Below, in pieces: positions 38,724-48,422 of a stretch of 64,000 nt of DNA. The DNA is taken from contig JANQJR010000071.1 of NCBI GenBank assembly GCA_028281525.1, forward strand, positions 4,692 through 68,691, written 5' to 3'. A model generated the notes under the pieces. It had not been told where the DNA came from. It searched no databases and was given only the letters and a program-made list of their open reading frames with translations. The DNA comes from Magnetovibrio sp. Its GTDB lineage: Bacteria; Pseudomonadota; Alphaproteobacteria; Rhodospirillales; Magnetovibrionaceae. A program made the position numbers and the translations under genes. Within the stretch, counting starts at the first letter, position 1. Each line of letters starts with the position of its first letter.

Positions 38724-39866
38724 TTACAACGCCTCGCCCAACCCCGCTTTCACCAACCGGTCGCGCACGGCGTGCAATTTCGCCATCAGGGCCGGTTCGG
38801 CCTGAGCGTAGGCGTCTTCGTCCGTGGTGCGTTGCACGACGATGCCCAACAGCTCCGTAATGGCATTACCGATGGAGTTTTGACTGATGGTGACGATGTA
38901 GCGCCCCTCGTCGTCGCGATAGATGACCTGCTTGTAGGCCGGACGCCAGCGGATTTCGTTGGCCCACTGCGGGTCGGCCTTGATGCGGTCGCGGATGTCC
39001 TTGGCCACGGCGTGGAAGTGGTTGTTGAACAGCAACACGTTTTCCACCTGATCGGGGAAATAGAGGCCTTCCGGCATGGAGCCTTCGGGCTGAGCCACCA
39101 GGGTGAAAAAGGTGCGGTAGAAATCCAGGAAGCCTTTGAGCACGTCGTCGTATTCCTTCCAGAACTTGGCCTTGGCGAGGCCGTCCAGCCCCCCCTTGAC
39201 CACCCAACTGGGCAAGCCCTGGGGATAGCCGGTCGCCGCCAGCGCGCCGACGCCGGTTTCCATGGGGCTTAAGACCTCCAACTTCAGGACGTCCAGGAAC
39301 TCGTGATAGACGGCGCTCAAGCGCGAAGAAAACAGGCTGTTGTGCCCGCCGTCCGTCAGGTTCGGATTGTCCGGATCGGCGGCGGGGGCGGTGTTCAACG
39401 TCTCCATTGGAAACACGATGAAGTGGTTATGGATCATGCGAATGGTCGGCACGCCGGGTTTGCTAAGCGGCCAGGTGGCGTCCAAGCTGGCTTCGCCGCA
39501 CATGATCAACGCTTCGCCGGGGTCCGGGTATTGCTCCGCCATATAGTCGATGATGGTGTGGCTCATGCGGCTGAAGACGTGGCCTTCGCGTTCCGATAAC
39601 TGATCGCGGCGCACCGGACGGCCTAAGGGATCCAGGATGCGCTGGGAGGTGTCGAGGATCACCGAGGTGTCGAATTCCACGCTGTGGCCGATAGCCTTGC
39701 GGTACAGCAACAGGTCTTCCGGGGTGCGCAACAGGCCATTGTCGTCCGACAGATTGCGCAGGTTGGCGGCGGAGTTGAAAAACTCCACGGCCGTCATACC
39801 ATCCGGCACATCCAGCGGAATCTGACGGTGGGGGGTGACGACTTGCCTGGGAAAGCCGGTGTTCAT
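38724..39866 (-). CDS. Conserved hypothetical protein with a HIT-like His motif
   Basis: 380 aa with very strong GC3 bias; IRMIHNHF segment. Confidence 0.8.
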   Translation of the reverse strand: MNTGFPRQVVTPHRQIPLDVPDGMTAVEFFNSAANLRNLSDDNGLLRTPEDLLLYRKAIGHSVEFDTSVILDTSQRILDPLGRPVRRDQLSEREGHVFSRMSHTIIDYMAEQYPDPGEALIMCGEASLDATWPLSKPGVPTIRMIHNHFIVFPMETLNTAPAADPDNPNLTDGGHNSLFSSRLSAVYHEFLDVLKLEVLSPMETGVGALAATGYPQGLPSWVVKGGLDGLAKAKFWKEYDDVLKGFLDFYRTFFTLVAQPEGSMPEGLYFPDQVENVLLFNNHFHAVAKDIRDRIKADPQWANEIRWRPAYKQVIYRDDEGRYIVTISQNSIGNAITELLGIVVQRTTDEDAYAQAEPALMAKLHAVRDRLVKAGLGEAL

Positions 39867-40116
39867 GGGATCGTTCCTTCGCTCTCAAGACTGCAGTCGC
39901 AAGGGGGCGCGGCAAAAGAAACGATGATGGCCCTCCCCCCGGCGAACCCGTAACGGCAAACCATTACGTGAGCAAAGTCTAATATAAAACCCGCGAAAGG
40001 GAAGTGCGAAGGTTGAAGCCTATGGGTGCATACTGAAGCATATTGCTTATCGCTTGCCTTGAAAGCACTTTTAAGATGAGTATCGATTAAAGGTGGATAT
40101 TAATGGGGGAATCAAG

Positions 40117-41205
40117 ATGGCGGTTTTTGCATTTACAAAAGGAGCGTTCCTGCATGGTGAAGATGTCACGTGTTACGTGGACCTCATGCCTGGTGAAACT
40201 CTTGTTGACGAACTTCACGGAACCCAATTCGACGTTTTCTGGAATCACTATCCCGAAAATGTATTTTCAAAAGGCACTGGTCCTTCAGAACAAAAACAAG
40301 AAGCGCTCTACGACCGCTATTATTTCCGTTGGAAAAAACTGGGGGATTATTCACAGCTGCAAGACGGCATGTTCATTGCCGTTTGCGGGGAATACCGCTG
40401 GGAATCAAGCGTGGAATTGAAAAACGGTACGCTCGAAATCAAAGAGCCATTTTTTGTGGCCGACCCAAACTTGGTTTTTGTCAAGAAAACAGCAGGCTGG
40501 CTATGCGAACTGTCCTTTACCGCTCTAAACTACGTACCAGGAGTAACCCTCACTCTCCGAAAGGGGATCGGATATGGTCTAACGCGGATTACCACGGTTT
40601 TCGATCACTTTGTCAATGATCCCCCAGATCAGGAAAATTGTTCCGAACGGGCCACGCTCAAAAACACCCTAGAAACATATAGCTCAACTTTATCTGAACG
40701 CTTTGGCGTAGAGGCGTTTGAGCATCCTTTGGTCGTCGGGCTGTTTTCTTTAAGTGATCACATGCAACGCCTTCTCGATACCTTAGAACGCCAACAGGGC
40801 GCACGTGAAAAAGGCGAAACAGTAGACCGGCAGATGCAAGCAGATACCTTCAAGGCTTATGCCCGCATCGCCGCAACTGAAGCCACGGACCTATGTGACA
40901 TGCTTGAAAAATATGATGATAAATTACATGAAGTCTCTATCGATACTTCTGCTGGGCTCCAAGAAAGAGATATGATCATTAACGAAGCTGCTCAGATATT
41001 TAATATAAATGTCGAAACACTTGAAAAGTGGCGATCTGCCCCACTCGAGAGTGTTTCCCCAAGATATGTCATCCTGGTACTCCGCCAGAGGCTTCAAGAA
41101 CTCTCCAATACGCTTAATATGCTTTCAGAACGTTGGACAAACACAGCCGATCTTTTCAGAGGATTCGAAGAGCCACCAGCGATACGTAGAGCTGGCCATG
41201 GTTAA
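40117..41205 (+). CDS. Hypothetical protein, AT-richer orphan
   Basis: Long ORF with visibly non-host codon usage; GGGGGA SD. Confidence 0.7.
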   Translation: MAVFAFTKGAFLHGEDVTCYVDLMPGETLVDELHGTQFDVFWNHYPENVFSKGTGPSEQKQEALYDRYYFRWKKLGDYSQLQDGMFIAVCGEYRWESSVELKNGTLEIKEPFFVADPNLVFVKKTAGWLCELSFTALNYVPGVTLTLRKGIGYGLTRITTVFDHFVNDPPDQENCSERATLKNTLETYSSTLSERFGVEAFEHPLVVGLFSLSDHMQRLLDTLERQQGAREKGETVDRQMQADTFKAYARIAATEATDLCDMLEKYDDKLHEVSIDTSAGLQERDMIINEAAQIFNINVETLEKWRSAPLESVSPRYVILVLRQRLQELSNTLNMLSERWTNTADLFRGFEEPPAIRRAGHG

Positions 41206-41218
41206 ACCGTAATTTAAA

Positions 41219-41249
41219 CAAAACGGCGGCCCCGAAAGGCCGCCGTTTT
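41219..41249. terminator. Bidirectional intrinsic terminator
   Basis: AAAACGGCGGCC-CCGAAA-GGCCGCCGTTTT-type stem with A/T tracts on both sides. Confidence 0.85.
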
Positions 41250-41272
41250 ACGTTAGTTTAAACCGTCGAGCC

Positions 41273-42667
41273 TTAGTGCCCAAGAGCCTGAACGATTTCC
41301 TCGGTCATCTTCTTGGCGTCGCCGAACAGCATCATGGTGTTGTCGGCAAAGAACAAGGAGTTGTCCACGCCCGCATAACCCGAAGACATGGAGCGTTTCA
41401 AGAACAACACCGTGCCCGCCTTTTCCACGTCCAAGATCGGCATGCCGTAGATGGGGCTTTGCGGATCGGTCTTGGCGGCGGGGTTGGTGACGTCGTTGGC
41501 GCCAATGACGAAGGCCACGTCGGCGGTGGCGAACTCGTTGTTGATTTCTTCAAGCTCGAACACTTCGTCGTACGGCACGTTGGCTTCGGCCAACAGCACG
41601 TTCATGTGTCCAGGCATACGGCCCGCCACCGGGTGGATGGCGTAGGCGACATCGACGCCTTCGGCCTTGAGCAAGTCGCCCATTTCACGCAGCGCGTGCT
41701 GCGCTTGCGCCACCGCCATGCCGTACCCCGGCACGATGATGACCTTGGACGCGTTGCCCATGATGAACGCGGCATCGTCGGCCGAGCCGGATTTGACCGA
41801 GCCGCCGCCGGAAGACGCGGCCGCAGCCCCACCGGTGTCGGAGCCAAAGCCGCCCAGCAACACGTTCCAGATGGAGCGGTTCATGCCCTTACACATGATG
41901 TAGGACAGGATCGCACCCGATGCACCGACCAGCGCACCGGTGATGATCAACAGCGGATTGCCCAGCGTAAAGCCGATGCCGGCCGCCGCCCAGCCCGAGT
42001 ACGAGTTCAACATCGACACCACGACGGGCATGTCCGCGCCGCCGATGGGGATGATGATCAAGAACCCGATCAGGAACGCCAGCGCGGCCAACATCCAGAA
42101 CGCGGTGTACTGTTCGGTTGAAGCGAACCAGAAGAACAGGAACACCATGACCACGCCCAAAAGCGCATTCAGCGGGTGCTGCATGGGGAAGGTGATGGGC
42201 GAACCGCTCATCACGCCTTGCAGCTTGGCAAACGCGATAACGGAGCCGGAGAACGTGATCGCACCGATCGCGGTGCCCAAGCCCATTTCCACCAGGCTCA
42301 CCACCGGGATGGCGCCCGGCGTACCGAGACCGTAGGCCGCCGGGTTGTACAGCGCCGCAGTGGCGACGAACACGGCCGCCAAACCGACCAAAGAGTGGAA
42401 CGCGGCCACAAGCTGCGGCAACGCGGTCATTTCGATGCGCAACGCCACCACGGTGCCGATGGCGCCGCCGATCAGAATACCGGCGATGATCATCGGATAG
42501 CTGACCACGTTCGGGTCGATCAAAGTCGTGGCGACGGCGATGACCATGCCGATCATACCCAGCAAGTTGCCGCGGCGTGAGCTTTCCGGGTGAGACAGAC
42601 CGCGCAACGCCAGAATGAAGCAGACGGACGCGATCAGGTACGCAAAAGCGCTCATGTTTTCAGTCAT
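41273..42667 (-). CDS. pntB: NAD(P) transhydrogenase subunit beta
   Basis: AAFHSLVG, IGGADMPVVVSMLNSYSGWA, VPGYGMAVAQAQ and HPVAGRMPGHMN motifs. Confidence 0.97.
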   Translation of the reverse strand: MTENMSAFAYLIASVCFILALRGLSHPESSRRGNLLGMIGMVIAVATTLIDPNVVSYPMIIAGILIGGAIGTVVALRIEMTALPQLVAAFHSLVGLAAVFVATAALYNPAAYGLGTPGAIPVVSLVEMGLGTAIGAITFSGSVIAFAKLQGVMSGSPITFPMQHPLNALLGVVMVFLFFWFASTEQYTAFWMLAALAFLIGFLIIIPIGGADMPVVVSMLNSYSGWAAAGIGFTLGNPLLIITGALVGASGAILSYIMCKGMNRSIWNVLLGGFGSDTGGAAAASSGGGSVKSGSADDAAFIMGNASKVIIVPGYGMAVAQAQHALREMGDLLKAEGVDVAYAIHPVAGRMPGHMNVLLAEANVPYDEVFELEEINNEFATADVAFVIGANDVTNPAAKTDPQSPIYGMPILDVEKAGTVLFLKRSMSSGYAGVDNSLFFADNTMMLFGDAKKMTEEIVQALGH

Positions 42668-42679
42668 GTCAGCGCTCCC

Positions 42680-43096
42680 TTATTTCTTAGCTTTCTTCTT
42701 GAACATCTGCAGCATGCGCTGAGTGACGATAAAGCCACCGAAGATGTTCACAGAAGCCAAGGTCACGGCGATGAAGCCCATGATCTTGGAGAAGTTCATG
42801 TCCGCCGGACCGGCGGCGATCAACGCACCGACGATGATCACCGACGAAATGGCGTTGGTCACGCCCATCAGCGGCGAGTGCAACGCGGGCGTCACGCTCC
42901 ACACCACGAAGTAGCCGACGAAACACGCCAGCACGAACACGGTAAAGAGCGCGACGAAGGAAAAGCCTTCCGCAGGCGCGCCGGTTTGCACCACCATCTG
43001 CGCCGCGCTGCCCGCCAGATCGGCGGCCTGCTGCGCCAGATCGGCCGCGCCTTCGGCCAGCTTGCTGGATTGTTCTGCAATGGAAGCTGCGTCCAT
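42680..43096 (-). CDS. pntAB: NAD(P) transhydrogenase subunit alpha part 2
   Basis: [18 protein letters not shown] and [16 protein letters not shown] motifs. Confidence 0.95.
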   Translation of the reverse strand: MDAASIAEQSSKLAEGAADLAQQAADLAGSAAQMVVQTGAPAEGFSFVALFTVFVLACFVGYFVVWSVTPALHSPLMGVTNAISSVIIVGALIAAGPADMNFSKIMGFIAVTLASVNIFGGFIVTQRMLQMFKKKAKK

Positions 43097-43099
43097 GAC

Positions 43100-44257
43100 T
43101 TAAGCCTCCCCTTTCTTGGCATCTTGGCCCGTCAACATCGGGTGTATGAGCTTGCCGTCCTTGCACACGCATGTGCCGGACACGGTCTCGTCCTCGAAGT
43201 CAAAGGTGATGGTTTTGGCTTCCTTGTTCACATGCGGGCTCAGGAAGTTCAAAAGGTTCTTGGCGAACAGGTTGCTCGCGTCCTTCGGCAAACGGCCCGG
43301 CACGTTGTTGTGGCCAACGATGTGCACGCCGTTCTTGGCCTTGGCCACTTTGCCGGGCTTGGAGCCTTCGACGTTGCCGCCCGCTTCCACCGCCAGATCG
43401 ACGATCACGGAACCGGTGGACATGCTCGCCACCATGTCCTTGGTCACCAGCACCGGAGCCTTTTTGCCCGGAATCAACGCCGTGGTGATGACGATGTCCT
43501 GCTTCTTGATGTGCTCGGACACCACAACCTTTTGTTTTTCGAAGTATTCCGGCGGCATCTGCTTGGCGTACCCGCCTTCGGTTTCGGCGTCCTTTTCCAT
43601 CTCTGCATCGACGGTGAGGAATTTGCCGCCCAGGCTTTCCACCTGTTCGCGGGTGGCGGGACGCACGTCCGTGGCGGTGACCACCGCGCCCAAGCGCTTA
43701 GCCGTGGCGATGGCTTGCAGCCCCGCGACGCCGACGCCCATGATGAAAACCTTGGCCGGCGCAATGGTGCCGGCGGCGGTCATCATCATCGGCAGCGCAC
43801 TGCCATATTCATTGCACGCATCCAGCACGGCCTTGTAACCCGCCAAGTTGGATTGGCTGGAGAGGATGTCCATGCTTTGCGCACGCGAAATGCGCGGCAT
43901 CAATTCCATGGCGAACACGGTCAGCCCGGCTTTGGCCATGGCCTGCATATCCGCCTTCTCGGTCAAGGCCGACATATGGGCGCAGACCACCGCGCCTTTT
44001 TTCATCAACTTGACCTCGTCCGCAGTGGGGCGCTGAATTTTCAGCACCACATCCGCGTCCTTGAGCGCCGCTTGCGCGCTCGCCGCTATGGACGCGCCAG
44101 CGCCCTTGAAATCGTTGTCGGTGATGGAAGCCGCCGCACCTGCGCCTTTTTCCACCGCTAGATCGAAGCCGAAGCCGACAAGCTTCTTCACCACCTCAAC
44201 AGACGCCGCGACGCGGGTCTCACCGGGGTGGAGCTCCTTGGGAATTGCGATTTTCAT
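43100..44257 (-). CDS. pntAA: NAD(P) transhydrogenase subunit alpha part 1
   Basis: MKIAIPKE..ETRVA, RISRAQSMDILSSQ, GVGVAGLQAIATA and ITTALIPG motifs. Confidence 0.96.
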   Translation of the reverse strand: MKIAIPKELHPGETRVAASVEVVKKLVGFGFDLAVEKGAGAAASITDNDFKGAGASIAASAQAALKDADVVLKIQRPTADEVKLMKKGAVVCAHMSALTEKADMQAMAKAGLTVFAMELMPRISRAQSMDILSSQSNLAGYKAVLDACNEYGSALPMMMTAAGTIAPAKVFIMGVGVAGLQAIATAKRLGAVVTATDVRPATREQVESLGGKFLTVDAEMEKDAETEGGYAKQMPPEYFEKQKVVVSEHIKKQDIVITTALIPGKKAPVLVTKDMVASMSTGSVIVDLAVEAGGNVEGSKPGKVAKAKNGVHIVGHNNVPGRLPKDASNLFAKNLLNFLSPHVNKEAKTITFDFEDETVSGTCVCKDGKLIHPMLTGQDAKKGEA

Positions 44258-44509
44258 GATGAACCGTCTTAAACCTGGGAGATCCCTGTATGAACTGAGC
44301 CAAAATTTATGCCCGCTTATGTCCGGTTACACAAGTGTTGCGTTGCACAAAAATCGAAAAATGTCCGATTTTCCACATCGCGCCGGTTCTCGGGCTTAGG
44401 TTCCAAGTGGGGGGATTAAGCCTTGGTTTCAAGGCCGTATTCGTGTTTTCAGACACTTAAACCGACGGGTGACTTGGCGATCCCCGCCCACCGGATTATA
44501 TTTCCGCTC

Positions 44510-45391
44510 ATGTGGTTTCGTTACAAAATTTTCGGGTTCGGCGTGTTGATAATGGCGCTGGGGGCGCTCTTCCACTCGCCCGCTGCCGCGTCCGCGGACT
44601 TGCATTTGCGCTACGCCGCCAAATGGGGCGGTTTGCACGTGGCCGACTTCACCTTGTCCCTGGTTCACACCGGCGGCACCTATGAGAACCGCTTTCATTT
44701 GGAAACGCGGGGCTTGGCGCGTTACTTCTCCAACGTCGGCGTCAAAGCCAAGTCCCAGGGGCGGATCGTCGCCCCGCCGCCTTTAAACAACGATGAAGTC
44801 CAGGGGTTGACCTATCTGAGTGATCACTACCGCACCGAATACACCAACCACAAACACTTCCGTTGGGTCGATATCGCCTTCCCCGCCCCGCCCGAGCCGG
44901 CGCAGGCGATGACCGGAACCGAGCCCGTCCCCGGCATGGAAGACAAGTGGAACCCCGACGACAAAGGGCCGGAGGAAATCGACCGCGTCGAAGCGGCACA
45001 GCGCATTGGTGTCAACGACCCCATTACGCTGATTGCGCAAATGATCTCGGTGGTGCGCACGCACTTGGAGGGCGGGCCGAAACACGGCGTGGTCAAAGGC
45101 TTCGACGGACGCAGACGCTTCGACATGCACATCACGTATCTGGGACCGATGGAACGCACCGTGGGCGACACCCGGCATATGACCTATCGCGTGCGCATCG
45201 ATCCCAAACCCGTGGCCGGCTTCAAGGAACGCCACAAGAAGATATGGAACGAAGCGGCGTATGACTTTTATCTGTCCCGCGACGGCAAGTTCGTACCCTT
45301 GCAGATCGTGCCGGTCAAACGCGGCCCGGTGCTGACTTTGGTTAGGGAATGTCCCAGCGATTGTGAGATCAAAGCCGTGGAAGAGAACTGA
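44510..45391 (+). CDS. DUF3108-like exported beta protein
   Basis: Signal peptide; Y..KWGGLHVA; FDGRRRFD; DGKFVPLQI. Start uncertain. Confidence 0.65.
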   Translation: MWFRYKIFGFGVLIMALGALFHSPAAASADLHLRYAAKWGGLHVADFTLSLVHTGGTYENRFHLETRGLARYFSNVGVKAKSQGRIVAPPPLNNDEVQGLTYLSDHYRTEYTNHKHFRWVDIAFPAPPEPAQAMTGTEPVPGMEDKWNPDDKGPEEIDRVEAAQRIGVNDPITLIAQMISVVRTHLEGGPKHGVVKGFDGRRRFDMHITYLGPMERTVGDTRHMTYRVRIDPKPVAGFKERHKKIWNEAAYDFYLSRDGKFVPLQIVPVKRGPVLTLVRECPSDCEIKAVEEN

Positions 45392-45412
45392 GCGCCGTCA
45401 ACCGATCACACG

Positions 45413-46294
45413 TCAACCGACCGCGGCTTGAGCGTCCTGCTGCGCTGCCACCTGAGCCTTGTAAGCCTTGAAGTGGTCGCGGATCGTGTCCAGGCGGCTG
45501 GCGGTGCCTTCGCCGAACATAAAGTCCAGCTTGACACTTTCCTCATCATCCCACAGGGCGCGGAACAGGTCTGAAAACAGCGCTGTGAACAACAGTTGGA
45601 AGTGGGTGTCTTCGAACAAGAAACCGGACTTGCGCTCCGTCACGTTGTTGAGGATGGAGATGAAGTTGCGCTTGGCCCAGTCGAAGTCCTCGAATTTGAG
45701 TAGGATACGGATCAGAATATTGTAGGCGAACCGCTTGTTGCGGTCGTTTTTGCCGATCATTTTCCAGATTTCGCCGTCATCGTCGGTGGCGAACTGACTG
45801 AGCAGTTCCTGCGCCTCCACGTTCAATTCGCTGTAGAGCACGTCACCCAACAGTTTTTCCAGGTAATTGTCGAAGCCCATCACCACTTCGCGCGGGAACA
45901 CCGGGTTTTCCGGATCGGCGAACAGGTGGGAAAAGCGCCCGGCGATCAGACGCAGCAGGAATTTGGAGCGGTTGCCGGATTCTTTTTGGGGCGGCGGCAC
46001 ACCCGCCGCATCGCCACCAACCTGGGTTTCGGCGAGCAACGCCTCTTTGCGAACCTTTTCCGTGACCTCGTTGCCGTGATTCAAAAGATTGGTGCGGATC
46101 ACCACTTCGATTTCGCGCACCAATTCTTTGATATCTTCGTCCAGCTTGGGCGTCTTCTTCTCCTTGGTCAGGAGACTGTTGGACATCATCAGATCAAGAA
46201 CCGAGCGGATGATTGTCTTGGTCGCGGCGGTCGAGCGCTGGGCCACCTGCAGGCTGCCGCCGGTTTCGTTCGGTTTGTTGTCCTCTTCGAACAT
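45413..46294 (-). CDS. Conserved hypothetical protein
   Basis: 293-aa ORF with host-like codon bias. Confidence 0.8.
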   Translation of the reverse strand: MFEEDNKPNETGGSLQVAQRSTAATKTIIRSVLDLMMSNSLLTKEKKTPKLDEDIKELVREIEVVIRTNLLNHGNEVTEKVRKEALLAETQVGGDAAGVPPPQKESGNRSKFLLRLIAGRFSHLFADPENPVFPREVVMGFDNYLEKLLGDVLYSELNVEAQELLSQFATDDDGEIWKMIGKNDRNKRFAYNILIRILLKFEDFDWAKRNFISILNNVTERKSGFLFEDTHFQLLFTALFSDLFRALWDDEESVKLDFMFGEGTASRLDTIRDHFKAYKAQVAAQQDAQAAVG

Positions 46295-46436
46295 TCATGA
46301 ATTCCGCTGTCTCAACGCCAATAGGCCGGGCCGCCCTCGATTCGGCGAACTTCGCTATTTTCTCTTAGCACATTACACCCTAACAGTTCACTAAGCGGCT
46401 GTAACGCCACTTATTTTATTTTGCGGGGCAAAGGTT

Positions 46437-46547
46437 TAGGACCAACATCCCATTATTGTGATGCGTTTGGCGGTGGCGCACCTTTTACCTTGCCAGGAAC
46501 CGCTTTTTGCAAATCAAACACAACAGAATAATGGGGCGCTGGCCCTA
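46437..46547. mobile_element. MITE-like repeat, copy 2 (its end coincides with the pepF stop codon)
   Basis: TAGG..CCCATTATT / AATAATGGG..CCCTA; homologous to 33863-34004. Confidence 0.7.
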
Positions 46548-48320
46548 GCTCACCGCTTCCAACTCATCGATGAAGCCGGAGATGACGCTCAAACCCCGCT
46601 TCCAGAAATCCGGATCGCTGGCGTCGAGGCCAAAGGGCGCCAACAATTCCTTGTGGCGCTTGGTGCCGCCTGCCGCCAGCATGTCCAGATACTTCTGCTG
46701 AAAACCCTCGTGTCCTTGGGCAAACACGTCATAGAGCGAATTCACCAGGCAATCGCCGAACGCATAGGCGTAAACGTAAAACGGCGTGTGCACGAAGTGC
46801 GGGATATAGGCCCAATAATTCTTGTAAGCATCATCGAAGCGGATCGCCGGGCCTAAGCTTTCGCCTTGGACGTCGAGCCAAATTTCACCCAACCGGTCCA
46901 CCGACAGCTCGCCCGCCTTGCGTTCGTCATGAACACGGCGTTCGAACTCATGAAAAGACACTTGGCGCACCACGGTGTTGAGCATGTCTTCGACCTTGCC
47001 CGCCAACAGAATGCGTCTGCGCGCCGGATCGGATTCGGTGTCGACCATTTTGCGGAACGTCAGCATTTCGCCGAACACCGACGCAGTTTCCGCCGTGGTC
47101 AAGGGCGTGTCCGCCATCAACCCACCTTGGTCCGCCGCCAGGACCTGATGCACGCCGTGGCCCAATTCGTGGGCCAAGGTCATCACGTCGCGCGCCTTGC
47201 CATGGAAGTTCAACAGGATGTAAGGGTGCGCGCTGGGCACCACGGGATGGGAAAAAGCGCCGGAGTCCTTGCCTTCTCGCGGCCGGGCGTCGATCCAGCT
47301 TTCATCGAAGAAGCGCTGGGCCGTGTCCGCCATGTTTGGCGCGAACGCGCCATAAGCGTTCAGCACCAAATCCTTGGCTTCCCGCCATTCGAACTTGGCG
47401 GCGTCATCGTCGGGCAGCGGTGCATTGCGGTCCCAGTAATCCAAATGCTCCTGACCGAACCACTTGGCCTTCAGTTTATAGTAGCGATGCGAGAGGTTTT
47501 CGAACTGGCCCTGCACCGACGTGACCAGGGCGTCCACCACGTCGTCCTCGACCTGGTTGGAGAGATTGCGTTCCGACACCGGGCGTTCATATCTGCGCCA
47601 GCGGTCCTCAATCTCCTTGTCCTTGGCCAAGGTGTTGGTGATCAACGCCAGCAGCCGCACGTTTTCGCCCAACACCTTGCCAAAAGCTTCGGACGCGGCC
47701 TTACGCTTGGCCCCGTCCTTATCGGACAACAAATTCATCACTTGGGACTGGGTCAAACCATCGCCCACGCCGTTCACGTCGAAACGCATGTCGGCGAAGG
47801 TTTCCTCAAACAAACGCACCCAGGCGGAACGCCCGGTAACGGATTTTTCCAACAACAGCTTTTCCATGTCATCAGACAGCTGGTGATCGCGGAATTGGCG
47901 CACCTCGCGCAGCCATGGCCGGTAGCGCGCCGCACCCGGGTCGGTCAGCAGTGTGTCCAGGACGCCATCGTCGAGGCGGTTGATCTCAAGCGTAAAGAAC
48001 AAAGTTTCGGACGATATCGCCGTCACACGCTCCTGCAGCGTTTGGTAGAATCGGCCCACTTCCGGATCGCCGGTGCTCACCGAAAACAACAACTGGCCAT
48101 AGCTCATGGCCTTGTGGAGAATTTCCAAAATGCCTTCGTATTCGCTGATGGCGGCGGCAAAAGCCCCGCTTTCCAAGCCGCCCAGCTGGCCCGCATAGGC
48201 TTCGGCGAAGGCCTTGGCGCGGGTTTCCGCCGCGTTCAGGTCCGTTTCCAGGCGCGCATCGTCGGGGTTGTCATACAAATGTGACAAATCCCAGATAGGA
48301 AGCTCTGCAGTTTGGGCCAT
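46545..48320 (-). CDS. pepF: M3 family oligoendopeptidase F
   Basis: LPIWDLSHLY, TLAHELGHGVH, AETAS and HFVHTPFYVYAY motifs. Confidence 0.92.
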   Translation of the reverse strand: MAQTAELPIWDLSHLYDNPDDARLETDLNAAETRAKAFAEAYAGQLGGLESGAFAAAISEYEGILEILHKAMSYGQLLFSVSTGDPEVGRFYQTLQERVTAISSETLFFTLEINRLDDGVLDTLLTDPGAARYRPWLREVRQFRDHQLSDDMEKLLLEKSVTGRSAWVRLFEETFADMRFDVNGVGDGLTQSQVMNLLSDKDGAKRKAASEAFGKVLGENVRLLALITNTLAKDKEIEDRWRRYERPVSERNLSNQVEDDVVDALVTSVQGQFENLSHRYYKLKAKWFGQEHLDYWDRNAPLPDDDAAKFEWREAKDLVLNAYGAFAPNMADTAQRFFDESWIDARPREGKDSGAFSHPVVPSAHPYILLNFHGKARDVMTLAHELGHGVHQVLAADQGGLMADTPLTTAETASVFGEMLTFRKMVDTESDPARRRILLAGKVEDMLNTVVRQVSFHEFERRVHDERKAGELSVDRLGEIWLDVQGESLGPAIRFDDAYKNYWAYIPHFVHTPFYVYAYAFGDCLVNSLYDVFAQGHEGFQQKYLDMLAAGGTKRHKELLAPFGLDASDPDFWKRGLSVISGFIDELEAVS

Positions 48321-48422
48321 GATTTACTCCTTTGCGTCTCGACGCCTTGACGGGCATCAGATATAGGGTTGGAATGTGGCTCAACACAATACGCAATCTG
48401 GGGATTTCGGGGATTTTCGACG

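Noticed and set aside
39955-39965. GGCAAACCATT resembling the start of a c-di-GMP-I riboswitch
   Set aside because: The following GNRA hairpin and GACGCAAAGC junction are missing.
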